Shown here piece after piece: positions 27,947 through 32,000 of a stretch of 32,000 bases of DNA. Source of the stretch: Candidatus Kuenenia stuttgartensis (GTDB lineage: Bacteria; Planctomycetota; Brocadiia; Brocadiales; Brocadiaceae); NCBI RefSeq assembly GCF_900232105.1, contig NZ_LT934425.1:3780001-3812000 (forward strand), in the 5' to 3' direction. A program made the position numbers and the translations under genes. The notes beneath the pieces were generated by a model, which was not told where the DNA came from, did not search any database, and saw nothing but the letters and a program-made list of their open reading frames with translations. Position 1 is the first letter of the stretch; the number at the start of each line of letters is the position of its first letter.

Positions 27947-28741
27947 ATGGCAAAAAGAAATGAATCTATATTAAAATTGCTAACTCAAGTTCCATGGTGG
28001 ATAAGCGTAGTTCTTTCGGCAACTGCTTTTTTTGTGCTTAAATTCATTGTGCCGGCAATTAATTTTCAAAGCTGGGTTCTCAAGGGCGTTGCTGGTGCAG
28101 CGCCGACAATAGCATATTTTGTAGCAATCATCTTTCTCGTTCATGCTCCTATCTCATATTTTAATTCATCAAGAAAAAGGAAATTACTGGACAAACAAAA
28201 AGACATTGATTCAATTAAATCTTTGTCATGGAAGCAGTTTGAAGAGTTGATAGCAGAAGCCTATCGTCGCAAAGGTTACTCTGTAGTCGAAAACTATGAC
28301 ATTGGCCCTGATGGTGGAATCGATTTAGTTTTGAAAAAAGATGGCAATATGTTTTTAGTCCAGTGTAAACAGTGGAGAAGTTACAAAGTAGATGTTCGTG
28401 TTGTTCGGGAAATGTATGGTGTAATGACCGCTAAACATGCTGCAGGTGTTATTATAGTTACCTCTGGCTTATTTACTCAAGAAGCTAAAAACTTTGCAGT
28501 AGATAAGCCTATTTATTTAGTAGAAGGAAGTCAGGTTGTTAATTTGATAAGGAGTGTTCAGACAAAGCTAACTTATTCCCCTGATGAAATCAATAAACCA
28601 CGGACAACTGCAAATCTCTGTCCAGTCTGCGGAGGCGAACTTGTAATGCGGGTAGCTCAGCATGGGAAAAACGCAGGAAATAAATTTTGGGGTTGTTCTA
28701 ATTTTCCAAAGTGTAAATTCTCTAAAGCATATACGGGCTAA
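27947..28741 (+). CDS. Membrane-anchored Mrr-like restriction endonuclease with C-terminal topoisomerase-type zinc finger
   Basis: Two N-terminal TM segments; LSWKQFEELIAEAYRRKGYSVVE...GPDGGIDLVLKKDGNMFLVQCKQWRSYKVDVRVVREMYGVM; CPVCGGELVMRVAQHGKNAGNKFWGCSNFPKCKF. Confidence 0.92.
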   Translation: MAKRNESILKLLTQVPWWISVVLSATAFFVLKFIVPAINFQSWVLKGVAGAAPTIAYFVAIIFLVHAPISYFNSSRKRKLLDKQKDIDSIKSLSWKQFEELIAEAYRRKGYSVVENYDIGPDGGIDLVLKKDGNMFLVQCKQWRSYKVDVRVVREMYGVMTAKHAAGVIIVTSGLFTQEAKNFAVDKPIYLVEGSQVVNLIRSVQTKLTYSPDEINKPRTTANLCPVCGGELVMRVAQHGKNAGNKFWGCSNFPKCKFSKAYTG

Positions 28742-28816
28742 CAAATCACTCGTGCGTACAGGTTATCACCTGCCCCACAGTTAAGGCGTTAACTATGTTA
28801 TGGCATTTATAAAAAA

Positions 28817-29539
28817 ATGAAGACAGGTAATTTTTATGGCATCGGGCTTGGCCCTGGAGATCCGGAACTGTTGACAATCAAGGCAGTAAATACCATACGC
28901 AATGCGGATTGTATTTTTGTGCCTAAATCCGATACAAAAGAGGAAAGTCTGGCGTTACAGATAGTAGAGGATTATGTAGGGCTGAAAAAAATTGTGACAC
29001 AGATTTATCCCATGACAAAAGAGAAAAATATTCTTGATGCGGCATGGAAAAAATCGGCGGAAGAAGTGCGTGATGAAGTTTTGAAAGGACATGATGTAGT
29101 ATATTTAACGCTTGGGGATCCGATGACATTCAGCACTTACATTTATCTGTTGCGTCATCTTGGTGCACTCCTGCCAAATGAGGTTATTCACACAATTCCC
29201 GGTATTACCTCTTATAACGCTGCGGCTTGTTTCGGAAACTTTCCCCTGCTGACCGGCGATGAGAAGCTGGCCGTAATACCTGTGCCGGAGGATGTTGCCT
29301 CGTTAAGGCCTGTTTTGGAATTGTTCGACACCGTAGTTTTGATGAAGGTTGCAAAGAAACTGGATGAAGTTTTATTCTTGCTGGATGATATGGGACTTAC
29401 CGGAAATGGCCTTTTTGCCTCGTATATCGGACAAAAAAATGCCTTTGTAACCTGCGATCTCTTGTCACTAAAAGGAAGCGGCAGAGGGTACTTGTCGGTT
29501 ATGATAGTAAGGAAAAACAGCAATACCTCTATCGGTTGA
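28817..29539 (+). CDS. cbiL: Precorrin-2 / cobalt-factor II C20-methyltransferase
   Basis: GNFYGIGLGPGDPELLTIKAVNTIRNADCIFVP, GHDVVYLTLGDPMTFSTYIYLLRHL, TIPGITSYNAAACFGNFPLLTGDEKLAVIP. Confidence 0.94.
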   Translation: MKTGNFYGIGLGPGDPELLTIKAVNTIRNADCIFVPKSDTKEESLALQIVEDYVGLKKIVTQIYPMTKEKNILDAAWKKSAEEVRDEVLKGHDVVYLTLGDPMTFSTYIYLLRHLGALLPNEVIHTIPGITSYNAAACFGNFPLLTGDEKLAVIPVPEDVASLRPVLELFDTVVLMKVAKKLDEVLFLLDDMGLTGNGLFASYIGQKNAFVTCDLLSLKGSGRGYLSVMIVRKNSNTSIG

Positions 29540-29595
29540 TAGATAGAAAAGGGCAACTATTGAGCGTAATCTATTAAACTCCCGAAGCACAACTC

Positions 29596-29690
29596 GTTTG
29601 CGGGTTTAGGTTTGTAACCGTTCGGCTGAGCTCACGACGAAGCCTGAACTCATGAGTTTATACGGATAATGAGTCCATGTCCTGCTGTTA
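29596..29690 (+). repeat. Dispersed repeat, inverted partner of 21283-21376
   Basis: GCGGGTTTAGGTTTGTAACCGTTCGGCTGAGCTCACGACGAAGCCTGAACTCATGAGTTTATACGGATAATGAG. Core GAGCTCACGACGAAG also at 18948-18963; its reverse complement CTTCGTCGTGAGCTCAGTCGAACG lies near 22552-22575. Confidence 0.75.
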
Positions 29691-29744
29691 AATTCCAATG
29701 CCCAAATCACAAAATCCCTGCTCTGAATTTATTTGTCATTTGTC

Positions 29745-29894
29745 GGGAGCATTCCCGATTTTTTGTAAAAATGTCATTAGCAGGGGGGAGGGGAATAATA
29801 GTAACTCAAGCTTCCAGCTTGAGGGTAAAACACCACAAGCAGTATGCTTGTGGTACAATGTACAATTAGTTAACCAAAAATCGGGAATGCTCCT
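29745..29894. mobile_element. MITE-like element (about 150 bp) upstream of the SBBP-repeat gene
   Basis: Left GGGAGCATTCCCGATTTTTTGTAA, right TTAACCAAAAATCGGGAATGCTCCT. Confidence 0.6.
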
Positions 29895-29979
29895 GTTCAA
29901 ACCATGTCCCCCGCTGGCGGGGGTGCAGGGGGTGGACTGGATTTCTCCATCGATTCAACTATCAATTCCGGAGGCTGCC

Positions 29980-32000
29980 ATGATACAAAGAAATTGTGTT
30001 GTTTTTACAGTATCAGCAATTCTTTTTCTGATAGTATTTTCCATCCCATCGTTGATAGCAAGCCATGAAAACTCAAATAAACAATCATTCAAAAGCTCAA
30101 TTCCGCAATCTACAATCCAAAACTTGTCCTCGACTTCGACCGGGGATCCGAAATTAGACTCGGCGGCATTTGCCCAGAAAACAAAGAAACTTCAAATACC
30201 CTTCTTAGCCAATAACGGCCAGGTAGATGAACAGGTGAAATTCTATGCCAATACTTTTGGCGGAACTGTGTTCGTAACGAAGGACGGTGAGATTGTGTAT
30301 TCCTTGCCGAATAATAGTTCAGATGTAGAGACGCAATGCCTTGCGTCTTCAATGCGTTCGCCCAATGGGATACACAATGCAAAATGCAAAATACAAAATA
30401 CACGAAACATGTCAAATACCACAAATCGTTTATCGTGCATCTTGCATCATGAATCAAACATCCCATATTGCACCAATTGTCTTTTAGCATGCCTTGCTAA
30501 ACATACCGGACGAGACACCCAGGGAGTTGCCATTAAAGAGACGCTTGTAGGCGGCAGAGTTCAGGAGATAACTGGAAATGAAAAGGCTGTAACAAAGGTG
30601 AGCTATTTTAAAGGAACCGACAAATCTCAATGGAAAACCAATATTTCAGCATATGATGTAGTATCGCTTGGAGAAGTCTACGACGGTATAGAACTCAAAT
30701 TAAAGGCGTATGGAAATAATGTAGAGAAGCTTTTTTGTGTAAAACCAGACGCAAACCCCGAACAAATACAGGTAAAGCTCAGTGGTGTAATAGATTTGCG
30801 GGTAAATAACGAAGGACAGCTTGTGGCAGAGACAAAGCTTGGGGCGGTAAAGTTTACAAAACCCGTGGCATATCAGGAAATAAACGGCAGACGAGTGGAC
30901 GTGGAATGTAAATATACGATTGCGGATTGTGGAATGCAGAATGCGGAATGTAAAACAAATCTGAAATCCGAAACCCGAAACTTGTCCTCGACTGAGATCG
31001 GGGATCCGCAATTAGAATACGGCTTCACCGTAGCAAGCTACGACTGCACAAAAGACCTCATCATCGACCCCCTGCTGGCATCCACGTACGTGGGCGGGTC
31101 TAGTAGTGGTGATTTTGGTAATTCTCTCGCCCTCGACACAAGCGGGAACGTATATGTGACGGGGTGGACTTATTCATCAGACTTTCCGACGACGAGCGGG
31201 GCTTATGATACCTCTTTTAATGGTTATATGGATGTCTTTGTCTCGAAGCTGAATAGTGGATTAACTAGTTTGCTGGCATCCACGTATCTGGGAGGGTCTG
31301 GTGGTGAGTCGGGGTATTCTCTTACCCTCGACACAAGCGGGAACGTATATGTGATGGGGTATACTGGTTCAACAGACTTTCCGACCACGAGCGGTGCTTA
31401 TGATACCTCCTATAATGGTGGTAATTATTATGGTGATGTCTTTGTCTCGAAGCTGGACAGTGGATTAACGAGCCTGCTAGCATCCACGTACCTGGGCGGG
31501 TCTAATGATGATATTGGTAATTCTCTCGCCCTTGACACAAGCGGGAATGTATATGTGACAGGGAATACTTCTTCATCAGACTTTCCTACCACGAGCGGGG
31601 CACATGATACCTCTCTTAATGGTGGTTATTATGATGTCTTTGTCTCGAAGCTGGACGGTGGACTGACGAGACTGCTGGCATCCACGTACCTGGGCGGGTC
31701 TGCTGATGATTATGGTAAATCTCTTGCCCTCGACACAAGCGGGAACGTATATGTGACGGGGAATACTCCTTCAACAGACTTTCCGACTACGAACGGGGCA
31801 TACGATACCTCTTTTAATAGCGGCAGTGCCGTCTTTATCTCGAAGCTGGACGGTGGATTAACGAGCCTGCTGGCATCCACTTTCTTGGGCGGGTTTGGTG
31901 ATGATCGGGGTTATTCTCTCAGCCTCGACACAAGCGGGAACGTATATGTGACGGGGCTTGCTGGGCCAAACTTTCCGACCACGAGCGGGGCATATGATAC
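29980..32000 (+). CDS. Secreted SBBP (beta-propeller) repeat protein, open at right edge of window
   Basis: GAGG upstream of ATG, signal peptide MIQRNCVVFTVSAILFLIVFSIPSLIAS, FLANNGQVDEQVKFYANTFGGTVFVTKDGEIVYSLP, and repeated LLASTYLGGS..D.G.SLALDTSGNVYVTGNT.S.DFPTTSGAYDTS...DVFVSKLD units. Confidence 0.9.
   Translation, partial: MIQRNCVVFTVSAILFLIVFSIPSLIASHENSNKQSFKSSIPQSTIQNLSSTSTGDPKLDSAAFAQKTKKLQIPFLANNGQVDEQVKFYANTFGGTVFVTKDGEIVYSLPNNSSDVETQCLASSMRSPNGIHNAKCKIQNTRNMSNTTNRLSCILHHESNIPYCTNCLLACLAKHTGRDTQGVAIKETLVGGRVQEITGNEKAVTKVSYFKGTDKSQWKTNISAYDVVSLGEVYDGIELKLKAYGNNVEKLFCVKPDANPEQIQVKLSGVIDLRVNNEGQLVAETKLGAVKFTKPVAYQEINGRRVDVECKYTIADCGMQNAECKTNLKSETRNLSSTEIGDPQLEYGFTVASYDCTKDLIIDPLLASTYVGGSSSGDFGNSLALDTSGNVYVTGWTYSSDFPTTSGAYDTSFNGYMDVFVSKLNSGLTSLLASTYLGGSGGESGYSLTLDTSGNVYVMGYTGSTDFPTTSGAYDTSYNGGNYYGDVFVSKLDSGLTSLLASTYLGGSNDDIGNSLALDTSGNVYVTGNTSSSDFPTTSGAHDTSLNGGYYDVFVSKLDGGLTRLLASTYLGGSADDYGKSLALDTSGNVYVTGNTPSTDFPTTNGAYDTSFNSGSAVFISKLDGGLTSLLASTFLGGFGDDRGYSLSLDTSGNVYVTGLAGPNFPTTSGAYD
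31075..32000 (+). repeat. Tandem coding repeats encoding SBBP propeller blades (units about 195-204 bp)
   Basis: CTGGCATCCACGTA-type unit starts at about 31075, 31273, 31477, 31675 and 31870; all spacings are multiples of 3. Confidence 0.9.

Overview
32 kb window from a bacterial genome with many repeats. Gene content fits an anammox-type planctomycete, but that taxonomy is inference only. Core content: (1) a seven-gene V/A-type ATPase operon E-DUF2764-A-B-D-I-K at 4.06-11.74 kb; (2) a yyaL-like thioredoxin-domain gene; (3) two decayed CheW-like genes followed by an HD-GYP gene; (4) a VapB/VapC-like pair whose PIN protein has a C-terminal CxxC...CxxC tail; (5) tRNA-Gln(CTG), ubiE/menG and dus; (6) cobalamin genes cbiX-cbiC (fused), cbiD, cbiE and cbiL, with a HicB-like ORF, a MazF/PemK pair and an Mrr-like nuclease inserted before cbiL; (7) the start of an SBBP beta-propeller repeat protein running off the right edge. 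The most interesting signal is a family of miniature transposon-like elements of about 364 bp. They have ~24 bp terminal inverted repeats (GGGWGCATTCCYGATTTTTTGTAW), two internal 11 bp-stem hairpins, and 9 bp target duplications at two copies (ATGGCAACT and CTCTCTCAC). One copy sits between V-ATPase subunits B and D. One splits a DUF433/DUF5615 toxin-antitoxin module. One carries a nested 151 bp element with perfect 15 bp inverted repeats, inserted in a hairpin loop. A second DUF433/DUF5615 module is split by a complete IS630-family element at a TA site, and its toxin is cut by another end of the same miniature family. No CRISPR array and no clearly novel defence operon was seen.
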